Under the pieces are notes generated by a model that made no database searches, was not told the origin of the DNA, and was given only the letters and a program-made list of their open reading frames with translations. Below are positions 10,009-19,799 of a stretch of DNA of 64,000 nucleotides, one piece after another. The stretch spans positions 64,001 to 128,000 of the forward strand of contig CAWBMV010000015.1 in assembly GCA_963789955.1 (NCBI GenBank), read 5' to 3'. The position numbers were made by a program, and so were the translations under genes. Numbering within the stretch: position 1 is the stretch's first letter; each line of letters starts with the position of its first letter. The DNA comes from an uncultured Candidatus Rokubacteria bacterium (lineage in GTDB: Bacteria > Methylomirabilota > Methylomirabilia > Rokubacteriales > CSP1-6).

Positions 10009-12191
10009 TCACACCATCTGGTAGCCGTGGTTCTTGAGCGGGAACGTGCGGATGCGCTTCCCGGTCGCCCGGAACATGGCGTTCAGGACCGCCGGCGCCG
10101 CCACGCAGATCGTCGGCTCGCCGACGCCGCCCCAGAATCCGCCGGACGGCATGATGATCGACTCCACCTTCGGCATCTGTGCGATCTTCATCGAGTCGTA
10201 GTTGGTGAAGTTCGTCTGCTCGATGGCGCCGTCCTTCACCGTGCACTCTTCCATGAAGACCGCCGACAGACCATAGACGAACGAGCCGGCGATCTGGCGC
10301 TCGATCTGCCCGGGGTTGACGGCATAGCCGGGATCGGTCGCGCAGACGATCCGCCGCACCTTCACCTTGTCGCCGCCACTGACGGACACCTCCGCGCACG
10401 CGGCCACGTAGCTGCCGAACGCCATCATGTGCGCCAGCCCTCGGTGCACGCCCTGCGGGGCCGGCTTGCCCCATCCGGCTCGGTCGGCCACGGCGTTCAG
10501 CACCGCGAGATGCTTGGGATGCTTGCTCATCAGCTTGCGCCGGAACTCGAGCGCGTCCTGACCGGCGGCCGCCGCGAGCTCGTCCATGAAGCACTCCAGG
10601 AAGATCGCATTCTGGTTGATGTTCACGCCGCGCCAGAATCCGGGCGGGACGTGCGTGTTGCGCATCGCGTGGTCGATCAGGAGATTGGGCACGGTGTAGC
10701 CGAGCGTGAAATCACCGCTCGGATCGACACCCTGGAACGTCGCGTTGTCCCGGCCGTCCTGGAGGTTCTGCGGGAACACGGAGGCCAGGATCGACTGGCC
10801 CGACAGCCGCATGTGCAGGCCGACGAGATTGCCGCTCGCGTCCAGCCCGCCGCTCATCTTCGCCTGCATGACCGGGTGATAACGGCCCTGCTGCATGTCT
10901 TCCTCGCGCGACCACAGGAGCTTCACGGGCGTGCCCGGGACCTGCTTGGCGATCCGCACGGCCTGCGTGACGTAGTCGTGGAAGGCGCCGCGGCGACCGA
11001 AGCCGCCGCCGAGGTTGATCTTGTAGACCTCGCACTTGTCGGCTGGCAAACCGGACGCCGCCAAGGTCGCCGCGAACGCGGCCTCGCCGTTCTGCGTCGG
11101 CACCCAGACCTCGCAGCGATCATCCGTGTATTTGGCCGTCGCGTTCATCGGCTCCATCGGCGCGTGGTTCTGGAACGGATACGCGTACACCGCCTCGACC
11201 TTCTTCGCAGCGCCGGCGATCGCGCCCTTCACGTCGCCGATCTGGGTCCGCACGAAGGCCTGATCGGCGTCGAGGCCTTCCTTCAGCGTGTCGGCGATCG
11301 TGGCGCTCGACACCTTCGCGTTCGGCGCCCTCGTCCCAGACGATCGGCAGCGCATCGAGCGCGGTCTTGGCCTGCCACCACGTGTTCGGCGACGACCGCG
11401 ACCGCGGAGTCGCCGACCTGCACGACGTGCTTCACGCCGGGCATGCTCTGCGCCTTGGCGGCTTCGAAGCTCTTCACCTTGCCGCCGAACACCGGGCACT
11501 CCTTGATCGCGGCGTTGAGCATTCCCGGCATTTTGAGATCGAACCCGTAGACCTGCGCGCCGGTCACCTTCTGTACGGTGTCCAGGCGCTTCACCGACTT
11601 GCCGATGATCTTCCACTCCTTGGGATCCTTGAGCGGGACATCGGCCGGCGGCGTCAGCTTCGCGGCGGCTTCCGCCACCTTGCCGTACGTGGTCGTGCGA
11701 CCGGACGGCTTGTGCGTGATGACGCTGTTGGCGGCGCTGCACTCGGCGGCCGGCACGCCCCAGGCATTGGCCGCGGCCTGCACCAGCATGACGCGAGCGG
11801 CGGCGCCGCCCTTGCGGACGTACTCGTTGGACTGTCGGATGCCGCGGCTGCCGCCCGTGGAGAAATCGCCCCACACGCGCTTGCGCGCGACGGACTGGCC
11901 GGGCGTCGGATACTCGGTGGTCACCTTCGTCCAGTCGCAGTCGAGCTCCTCGGCGACCATCTGCGCCAGACCGGTGAGCGTGCCCTGTCCCATCTCGGAG
12001 CGGGCGATCCGGACCACGACCGTGTCGTCCGGGCGGATGACCACCCAGGCGTTGATCTCGGGCGCGCCGTCCTGCGCTCGAACGACATTGGCGCCGAACG
12101 GGATCTTCAGGCCGAGGGTGAGCCCGGCGCCGACGGCCGCCGTGCCGATGACGAACGAGCGCCGATCGATCTTCGGGGTCTTGATGATCAT
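10009..12191 (-). CDS. IorB-like xanthine-oxidase-family molybdoenzyme large subunit (Tat-exported); frameshifts near 11340-11390
   Basis: IDRRSFVIG Tat motif, RSEMGQG, TGGSRG, HAPMEPMN, LGGGFGRR, WSREED, FWRGV, GGVGEPTI. Confidence 0.9.
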
Positions 12192-12201
12192 GGCTCTCCC
12201 T

Positions 12202-12651
12202 CTATGCCTTCGCCGCGGCGTGAATGGCTTCGCGCACCTGCTGGAACGTACCGCAACGGCAGATGTTGGTGATCCCCGCGTCGATGTCGGCGTCGGTCGG
12301 CTTCGGCTTGTCCTTCAGAAGCGCCGCCACCGCCATGATCATCCCGGCCTGGCAGTAACCGCACTGGGGCACGTCGTAGTCGACCCAGGCCTTCTGGACC
12401 TTGTGCAAGACGCCGCCATTCGCCAGGCCCTCGATCGTGGTGATCTGCTTACCCTCCGCCGAGGCGACCGGCAGCACGCAGGAACGGACCGCCTTGCCGT
12501 CGAGGTGCACCGTGCAGGCGCCGCACATCGCGACGCCGCATCCGTACTTGGTCCCCGTGAGGCCGACCTGCTCTCGGATCGCCCACAGAAGGGGCGTGCT
12601 GGGGCTGACATTGACCTCTTGGGTTTTGCCGTTGATGGTCAGGCGCGCCAT
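12202..12651 (-). CDS. IorA-like (2Fe-2S)2 small subunit
   Basis: [36 protein letters not shown]. Confidence 0.93.
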   Translation of the reverse strand: MARLTINGKTQEVNVSPSTPLLWAIREQVGLTGTKYGCGVAMCGACTVHLDGKAVRSCVLPVASAEGKQITTIEGLANGGVLHKVQKAWVDYDVPQCGYCQAGMIMAVAALLKDKPKPTDADIDAGITNICRCGTFQQVREAIHAAAKA

Positions 12652-12721
12652 GATCTTTCCTCCCAGGATTGCGGTGCCGTGGTGCGAATATCCGCGATCA
12701 CGCTCACAAGAGCAACCTTCT

Positions 12722-13329
12722 CTACAGAGGCTTGATCTGCACCTTGCGCCACTTGATGGCGCCGCCGGGCGCGTCCTTGGGCCCGTTGCCGAACTGAAGC
12801 GCGATCGGTCCCTGCGCGTGCTGACTGTCCTGAACATTGGCGGTCTGGACGCCGTTCAGCACCACGGTGAGCTGCGAGCCCTTGGCCGTGATCTCGTACG
12901 TGTTCCACTTGCCGCCGGCCTTGGGCATGGGCGACACCTTGGCCACGTTGACGATTCCCCCGGTGCCGTAGGCCGGCTCGGGGCGCTGATCGTAGATGTT
13001 CACCTCGTAGGCGTTGGTCGCGGTGATCGCGTTGGGATCGGAGCAGCGAAGGAAGACGCCGCTGTTCGTGGTGTGATCCGCCCAGAACTCCACCCGGATC
13101 TGAAAATCCTTGTACGAGCTCTTCGAGACGAGGAAGCCGCCCTTGCCCTTGTCCGCGATGATGGCGCCGGCCTCGGAGCGCCAGTTGGCATCACCGATGC
13201 GGTTCCAGTTGTCCAGACCGGTCGCGCCATCGATGAGCGTGGTCCAGCCGGCGTCGGACTGACCGAACGACATGTAGGCGCACCCGAGAACGGTCAACCC
13301 GATCCCATGACGATGGATGGGCGTCTCAT
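12722..13329 (-). CDS. DUF1080 (3-keto-disaccharide hydrolase-like) secreted protein; start approximate
   Basis: [52 protein letters not shown]. Confidence 0.85.
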
Positions 13330-13599
13330 GGCGATCTCCTGCGGCGGAATGGTTCGATGACGTCGTGTCGTTCGTCATCGCGCCGACACGCGGAGATACT
13401 CGCCCACCGCGACGGATACCTTCGACACCACTGAGCGGACGTGGTGCGAGACATACGGTCTACTCGTTCACGGCACGCGCGACCTCCGAGATCGACGGCG
13501 ACTGCTCCGCTCACGGAGCGACCTGGAACGAGGTGGCGAGTCCGTGACGGCGCTCGCGCCGATCGCCCGCTCGGCGATGACGGCGAGCGGTGTCCGGGG

Positions 13600-14217
13600 C
13601 GCACGACGCTCGCGTCGAACGCGGTCGTCGACCGGGTGGCGCTACCGCGACGTCCGGTGCCGATCCGCGTGCCAGAATCTCGACTTCGAGTGCGAGATCG
13701 GCGTCGTCATTGGACGCGGGCGAGAACCTCGACCCGAAGAACGCCGTCGACCACGTCGTCGGCTACTGCCTGTTCAACGACTGGAGCGCCCGCGACGTGC
13801 AGCGCAACGAGATGGAGATGCGGCTCGGCCCCGCCAAGGGCAAGGACACCGCGACGACCCTCGGGCCGTGGCTCGTGACGAAGGACGAGCTCGAGCCGTG
13901 GCGCGCCCGATGGGCTACGATCTCCAGATGGTCGTCTCGGTCAACGGCCGCGAGTACGGCCGCGACCGCTGGTCCAACGCCTTCTGGTCGATCGGCGAGA
14001 TCATCGCGTACGCGTCTCGAGGGACGAAGGTGTGCGCCGGGGACGTGCTGGGACGGGCACCTGTGGCAACGGCTGTCTGGCCGAGCTGCGGACGCGGGAC
14101 GCCGCCGCGTATCCGTGGCTCGCGGTCGGCGATGAGATCGTCTACGAGGTGGAGCAACTCGGGCGCATCGCCAACCGGATCGTCGCCGGCCCGCCGCTGA
14201 TTCCGCTGCGTCCCTGA
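13600..14217 (+). pseudogene. Fumarylacetoacetate hydrolase-family gene; 5' part unrecognisable, several frameshifts
   Basis: LDFECEIGVVIG, GYCLFNDWSARDVQ, AKGKDTATTLGPWLVT, GDVLG.GTCGNGC, GDEIVYEVEQLGRIANRI. Confidence 0.72.
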
Positions 14218-14243
14218 CGACGCATCGTAGGATATAGGCGGCG

Positions 14244-15114
14244 ATGAGCACGACGCCACACCCGGACGATGGTGATCCGACGGTCGCGATGCCGGCTCGG
14301 CCGGCCCCGGCCCCTCCGACGACGGAGACCAGGCGACTGCTTGCCTCCTTTGGACCTCGGCGAAGGCGCAGTACCGTGGCTCTCCGCCGCGGCCGCGATC
14401 GTGCTTTTCGCGATCGCGGCCGCCAGCTCGTTTTATCTCGTGCAGCGAATGAAGCCGCTTCCGGTCCCGCCCCAGCCAGCGCAAGAAGCCGCCGCTCCGC
14501 CCGTGATGCCGCAGGCCAGCCAGCCCACTCAAGCGCCGCCGCCGCGCGTGTCCGACAAGCCGTCCAGCCCGAGACAGATGTTGAAAGAAATCTTCGACGG
14601 CCGAGATCGGGGGCACGCCGTGACCGCTTCGGTTGAAAGAGGCGCGGTCCGCATCGGTTCTTCGACGCCCGGCTACGTGTATGTGCTGGCCGCCTCGGCC
14701 AACCAATTCGACGGTGCTCCGCTGTTTGTCGCAATGCTGTTCCCCAGGGCGGCGGACACGAACAATCGCGTCCGGCCCGGCCAGACGCTGACCTTGCCCG
14801 ACCTGCCGTGGCCGGCGAACGCCGAGTTCCTGGCCATCGTGTCCGATGAACGGCGCGACATCGACGTGCTCGGACAGCTGGTCGGGAAGGTCATCTGTCC
14901 CTCCAGCGGCCCCTGTTCGGAGTCCTATGGGGCCGTCGTCTTCTCGAGCGAGGGGATACGCGCGACCGCCCGCAATCCCGCGGCCCCGAAGGCCCCCGCC
15001 GCTCGACCGCCGGCTCCGGGCCCCCGCCGCTGCAGTGATATTTTGGAGCGCGCATCGCTGGGCGAGTCATTGACGGACGAGGAGCAGACGTTCCTCACGA
15101 GGGATTGCCGATGA
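14244..15114 (+). CDS. Single-TM protein resembling the extracytoplasmic (DUF4384-like) part of Ser/Thr kinases; frameshift near 14330
   Basis: DDGDPTVAMP N-terminus, TM segment, GYVYVLA..MLFP...NNRVRPGQTLTLP..WP, C-terminal CSDILERASLGESLTDEEQTFLTRDCR. Confidence 0.55.
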
Positions 15115-16319
15115 TGATCCGCAACCTGCTCGTTTGCGCCGGCGTGCTCCTGATCGTCGCCGGGTGCGCCACTCCCGCTCCGGCGCCGGCTCCGATTGCG
15201 GCGCCGACCAGCGACACGTCCGAGCGGAGCTTCGACGAGGCGGTGAACGTGGCCACGGACGGCCTGGTGACCCAGCTGCAGCAACGGCCGGGACCTTCGA
15301 CCAAGACGGAAGCCAGGCGAAGCCTGGTGATCGACCCCATGGTCGATGCGGCCTCCGGCCAGCAGACCGCGGCGACCCTCCTCCTCGAGCAACGGGTGGC
15401 GGAGCGGCTCCGCAGCAGCGCCGCGCAGCTCGACGTCGTGCCCTTTCAGGTGCTCAACCTGAGCCAGGCGCAGTATCTGTTGACCGGGACGATGGCGCGC
15501 GTCGCGAGTAGCCAGCCCGGGGCGTCCCAGGTGTTCGAGATCAACCTGGCGGTGACGGATCTGAAGGACGGGATGGTCGTGGCGCAGGCGTCGTCGCGCG
15601 CGCGCGACGAAGGAGTGGATACGAATCCGACGCCGTACTACCGCGACAGTCCCGTCGTGGTGAAGGACCAGGTGGTCGACGGCTACATCGCCACCTCCAA
15701 GACGCCACCCGGTCGCCCGGCTGATCCGGTCTACTTCGAGCGCGTTGCCACGGCGACCGTCGTCAGCGAGGCCACCATCGCCTACAACGGCGGCAACTAT
15801 CAGGACGCCCTCGCGCTCTATCAGACTGCGTCGGCCAAACCAGGAGGCGAGCAGCTGCGGGTGCTCAACGGGATCTACCTCGCCTCGTGGAAGCTCGGCC
15901 GCGCGAACGAGGCGGAGGCGGCGTTCGGTAAGGTCGTCGCGCTCGGATTGAGCAGCAACAACCTCGGCGTGAAGTTCCTGTTCAATCCCGGGACGACCAA
16001 CTTCTGGTCCGACCCGCAAGTCAGCGGGCCGTACGGCTTCTGGTTGCGGCAAATCGCGCGACAGGCGGTGTTGGCGAGAGTCTGTATGAACCTGGTGGGC
16101 CACACGAGCCGGACTGGATCAGTGCCCTACAACGACCGACTCTCTCTGCAGCGCGCCACCTACATCAAGCAGCGCCTCGAAACGGAGGCGCCCCAGCTCG
16201 CCCCGCGGACTCGAGCGTCGGGGATGGGCTTCCGGGAGAATCTCGTGGGCACGGGCACCGACGATGCGCGCGATGCGCTCGATCGGAGGGTCGAGTTCAA
16301 GATCAGCGAGTGCTCATAG
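15111..16319 (+). CDS. OmpA-family lipoprotein
   Basis: Lipobox IVAG-C; TPR-like helices; C-terminal VGHTSRTGS..YNDRLSLQRA..GMGFRENLVG..DRRVEF. Confidence 0.88.
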   Translation: MMIRNLLVCAGVLLIVAGCATPAPAPAPIAAPTSDTSERSFDEAVNVATDGLVTQLQQRPGPSTKTEARRSLVIDPMVDAASGQQTAATLLLEQRVAERLRSSAAQLDVVPFQVLNLSQAQYLLTGTMARVASSQPGASQVFEINLAVTDLKDGMVVAQASSRARDEGVDTNPTPYYRDSPVVVKDQVVDGYIATSKTPPGRPADPVYFERVATATVVSEATIAYNGGNYQDALALYQTASAKPGGEQLRVLNGIYLASWKLGRANEAEAAFGKVVALGLSSNNLGVKFLFNPGTTNFWSDPQVSGPYGFWLRQIARQAVLARVCMNLVGHTSRTGSVPYNDRLSLQRATYIKQRLETEAPQLAPRTRASGMGFRENLVGTGTDDARDALDRRVEFKISECS

Positions 16320-16385
16320 TCCTCTAGGTCCTCTAGGCTGTCCGACGGGATACAATCATTCCACCCCCACATCCTGGAGGATGCG

Positions 16386-17009
16386 ATGAGTACAGCGACA
16401 ACCGTGACTCGGGCGCTGCCGGCCGCCTCGCAGCGGATCTCGCCGCAGAAGTTCGCCCACATCGTTCTCAAGACTGCCAACTTCGACGCGGTGATCGCCT
16501 GGTACGCCACCGTGCTGCAGGCGCGGGTGGCCTTCCGCAACGATTTCATCGCGTTCCTGACCTACGACGACGAGCATCACAGGGTTGCCGTCATCAACAT
16601 GCCCGACAGTCCGGCGCCGGAGCCGGCGGCCGCCGGCGTGCACCACATCGCCTACACGTACGCCGATCTGGGTGAGCTCTTGTCGACCTATCGGCGGCTC
16701 AAGGCGAGTGGGATCGAGCCCGCGCGTTGCATCAACCACGGGCCGACGATCTCCATGTACTATCGCGACCCCGACGGCCTGCGCGTCGAGCTGCAGATCG
16801 ATGTCTTCGCCACCATGGACGAGGCGCACGCGTACTTGACGGGCCCGGACTTCGCCGAGAATCCTATCGGCATCATCTTCGATCCGGAGCAGTTGATTCG
16901 AGACTACGAGGCTGGACGGGCCTACGACGACCTGGTGCGGCGCCCGCCGCTCCCGCCGGGCAAGACTCCCATGGACATGCGCGAGGAGACTCCGCGCGGA
17001 ACGCGCTAA
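16386..17009 (+). CDS. VOC/glyoxalase-family protein (extradiol-dioxygenase-like)
   Basis: FAHIVLKT, YDDEHHRVA, GVHHIAYT, INHGPTISMYYRDPDGLRVELQ; GGAGG RBS. Confidence 0.88.
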   Translation: MSTATTVTRALPAASQRISPQKFAHIVLKTANFDAVIAWYATVLQARVAFRNDFIAFLTYDDEHHRVAVINMPDSPAPEPAAAGVHHIAYTYADLGELLSTYRRLKASGIEPARCINHGPTISMYYRDPDGLRVELQIDVFATMDEAHAYLTGPDFAENPIGIIFDPEQLIRDYEAGRAYDDLVRRPPLPPGKTPMDMREETPRGTR

Positions 17010-17569
17010 ACGGGCAGGAGCGGCTCGGTCCGATCCGGCGGCAAGTCGGTGTCGAACGAGTTGATGAGCAGCGCCAGCAGACTGTAGTTCCCCATGACCA
17101 GCGCGAGCTCGACCACTCCCTGGCGGCCGAACTGCTCGAGCGCGGCCTGAAACGCCCCCCGGCTCACGCGACGGGTACGGAAGAATTCGCGGCCGTAGTT
17201 CACCACCGCCGCCTCGTCGGCAGCGAGAGCCGGAAGCTCTTTGCGCTCGCGCAGAGCGTCGACGATCTCACCGCGGACGCCCGCCTTGCGCGCGGAGCCC
17301 GCATGCGCGTTCCAGATGTGCTGGCAATCGAGCTCTCGCGCGGTCACCAGCATGGCGAGCTCCTGGATCTTCTTCGTCAGCGAGGACTCTTCGCGCAGGT
17401 AGTGATTCAGGAGCGTGGCCCACTGGTGCGCCTTCGGCACGTGGATCAGGACGGAACCCGGGCCATAGCGCGGGATCGATCCAAGTCCTTTCACCATTTC
17501 ATCGAAGATCGTCCGCTGCGTTTCGGGGACACTCTCTCTGGTCGCCAGGGGTAGTCTCGCCACGGTCAT
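17006..17569 (-). CDS. Carboxymuconolactone decarboxylase/AhpD-family protein
   Basis: GPGSVLIHVP, ELAMLVTARELDCQHIWNAH, GVVELALVMGNYS. Confidence 0.82.
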   Translation of the reverse strand: MTVARLPLATRESVPETQRTIFDEMVKGLGSIPRYGPGSVLIHVPKAHQWATLLNHYLREESSLTKKIQELAMLVTARELDCQHIWNAHAGSARKAGVRGEIVDALRERKELPALAADEAAVVNYGREFFRTRRVSRGAFQAALEQFGRQGVVELALVMGNYSLLALLINSFDTDLPPDRTEPLLPV

Positions 17570-17597
17570 CTCCAGTTCGTGGGATTGGGTCTCGGCT

Positions 17598-18809
17598 TCA
17601 GCCGGAAAGCGTGTCGTAGTGATGCGACTTGCTGATCACGTCCTTCGCGTACAGGCCGGCGATCTCTTCTTCGGAGTAGCCCAGGAGGCCTAGCACCTCG
17701 TCGTTGTGCTCGCCCACCTTGGGTGTCGAGCCGACGACGGCGGGCGTGCGGCTGAAGTGCCAGAAGTCACCGGAGACGGCGATCGTGCCGGCCAGGAAAT
17801 CGGGGACCTCGACCATCGCCCGTCGTTCCCAGGGATGGGGATCCTGAGCGGCCTGCGCGATGGTGTTCACCGGCGCGGCGACGACGTCGTGCTTCGTGAA
17901 GTGGGCGATGGCATCCTTCATCGTCATCGTGCCCATCAGCGCGCGCATCGCCTCGTTCACGATCTCGGCGTGCTTGCCACGCTCGCGGCGGGTGATGAAG
18001 CGCGGATCCTCCTGCCACTCGGGCTTCCCCAGGGCGGCGCATACGCGATGCCAGTGATGCTGATCGCCGGCCGCGATCAGGACCCAGCCGTTCTTGCAGG
18101 GGTACATGCCGCTGGGCGGCGCATCGGACTTGCCCCGCTGCGGCTCGGTTCCGGCGCCGTGATAGGCGGTGATGGGAATCTCGGTCATGCTGTAGCCGGA
18201 GTCGGCCAGGCACACGTCGATGCTCTGCCCCTCGCCCGAGATGCTGCGCTCGAGGAGGGCCGCCAGGGTGCCGATCGCGGAGTGCAGCGCGGTGGTGCGG
18301 TCGATGATGGGAACGCCCGCGCGAATCGGCGGCATGCCGTCCTCGCCGGTGACCATCGCGACGCCGGACATGGTCTGGCCGATGGGGTCGTAGCCGATCT
18401 GGTCTTTGTAGGGACCGAATTGCCCGTACGCGGAGACGTTGACCATGATGATGCGGGGGTTCAGCGCCTTCAGCACGTCGTACCCGAAGCCCATCTCTTC
18501 GATGGTCCCAGGTCGGAAATTCTGCACGAGCACATCGGAGGCCTTGATCAGCTTGCGCAGGACGGTCTTCGCTTCCTCGCGGCGCAAGTCCATGCTCACG
18601 CTCTTCTTGCCGCTGTTGTACTGAACCCAGTACGCGCTTTGCTTGCGCACCCACGGTGCGTGGTACCGGGTTTCCTCGCCGCCCAGCCGCTCGATCTTGA
18701 TGACCTCCGCCCCCAGGCGGGCGAGCACCTGGGCGCAGCGGGGTCCGGCCTGATGGCGGCCCAGGTCGATCACGCGGATACCGTGCAGCGGCCCCTTACC
18801 ATCTGTCAT
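17598..18809 (-). CDS. CoA-transferase family III (CaiB/BaiF)
   Basis: PLHGIRVIDL..AGP..LGAEVIKIE, NSGKKS, QNFRPG, SAYGQFGP, GYD, P.VGEHN. Confidence 0.92.
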   Translation of the reverse strand: MTDGKGPLHGIRVIDLGRHQAGPRCAQVLARLGAEVIKIERLGGEETRYHAPWVRKQSAYWVQYNSGKKSVSMDLRREEAKTVLRKLIKASDVLVQNFRPGTIEEMGFGYDVLKALNPRIIMVNVSAYGQFGPYKDQIGYDPIGQTMSGVAMVTGEDGMPPIRAGVPIIDRTTALHSAIGTLAALLERSISGEGQSIDVCLADSGYSMTEIPITAYHGAGTEPQRGKSDAPPSGMYPCKNGWVLIAAGDQHHWHRVCAALGKPEWQEDPRFITRRERGKHAEIVNEAMRALMGTMTMKDAIAHFTKHDVVAAPVNTIAQAAQDPHPWERRAMVEVPDFLAGTIAVSGDFWHFSRTPAVVGSTPKVGEHNDEVLGLLGYSEEEIAGLYAKDVISKSHHYDTLSG

Positions 18810-18837
18810 CGCGTCACTCCTTCTCTCCGACGGTCGA

Positions 18838-19785
18838 CTAGAAGACGATCACGAGCCGCCCTCGAGTTCCGCCCGCGGCCATCTTGCGCTGCGCGTCCGC
18901 GGCGCGCTCGGGCGGGAACGTCTCGGCCACCCGCAAGGTGAGCCGGCCTTCGGCGACGAGACGGCCCAGACGATCGAGCGCTTCGTGGTTGTGCACGTAC
19001 GAAGCGACCCGTACCGGCTCGATCGTGATGGCTCGCTCGGACGGCCCGGCGAAGCCGCGCACGGTCGCCAGCTTGCCGCCATCACGGATCGCGGGCAGGG
19101 CGGTGGCGTCGAGCACCGCCGCGTCGATCAGTCCATCGACACCCCCGGGAGCCGCGTCGTAGAGGCCACGGATCGCGGCGTCGCCGCTGGGTATGAAGGT
19201 CTTCGCGCCGAAGCGCTTCACCAGCGCTTCGTCTTGAGATCGCGCCACCGCGATCACGCGCAGGCCTTCGCTGACGCCGAGCTCGACCGCGTAGCCGCCG
19301 ACGGCGCCGGCTGCGCCCGTGACCCCGAGGGTCTGTCCCGGCTTGAGCGCGAGACGGTCAAGGGCGAGGCGTACCGTCAGCCCGTTCATCGGCAGAGTCG
19401 CGGCGGCTTCCAGAGTCGTCCCCTCGGGCACGCGGGCAACGGACGCGGCCGGAACGACCACGAGCTCGGCCTGCGCGCCGCCGCCCGGACGTCGCGGATT
19501 GACGATCGCCATCACACGGTCGCCAGGGCGCCAGCTCGTGCCCTCGCCGACGGCGTCCACCACTCCGGCCAGCTCCATGCCGGGGATGTAAGGTGGCAGC
19601 ACCCCCATCTCGGCCAGCTGGGCGGTGGTCAGCTGCCGTCCGCTGCGGAAGCTGATGTCGGTGGGGTTGACCGTCGCCGCCGCGACACGGATGCGCACCT
19701 CGCCGGGGCCGGGCTGCGGCTCAGGCAGGTCCGACAGTTCTAGTACTTCGGGACCACCCAATCGGGAAAAGGTCACGGCTCGCAT
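18838..19785 (-). CDS. NADP-dependent quinone oxidoreductase (MDR family)
   Basis: MRAVTFSRLGGPEVL, ATVNPTD, PGMELAGVV, GAAGAVGG, RGRLVI. Confidence 0.9.
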   Translation of the reverse strand: MRAVTFSRLGGPEVLELSDLPEPQPGPGEVRIRVAAATVNPTDISFRSGRQLTTAQLAEMGVLPPYIPGMELAGVVDAVGEGTSWRPGDRVMAIVNPRRPGGGAQAELVVVPAASVARVPEGTTLEAAATLPMNGLTVRLALDRLALKPGQTLGVTGAAGAVGGYAVELGVSEGLRVIAVARSQDEALVKRFGAKTFIPSGDAAIRGLYDAAPGGVDGLIDAAVLDATALPAIRDGGKLATVRGFAGPSERAITIEPVRVASYVHNHEALDRLGRLVAEGRLTLRVAETFPPERAADAQRKMAAGGTRGRLVIVF

Positions 19786-19799
19786 GTGTGGCCTCCGCG

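Noticed and set aside
9721..11550. Long antisense ORFs (for example 609 aa here; also 48834-50630 and 59478-60995)
   Set aside because: Shadow ORFs opposite well-supported genes, expected at this GC content
16320..16337. Tandem 9-mer TCCTCTAGG x2
   Set aside because: Two copies only; no mobile element or array context
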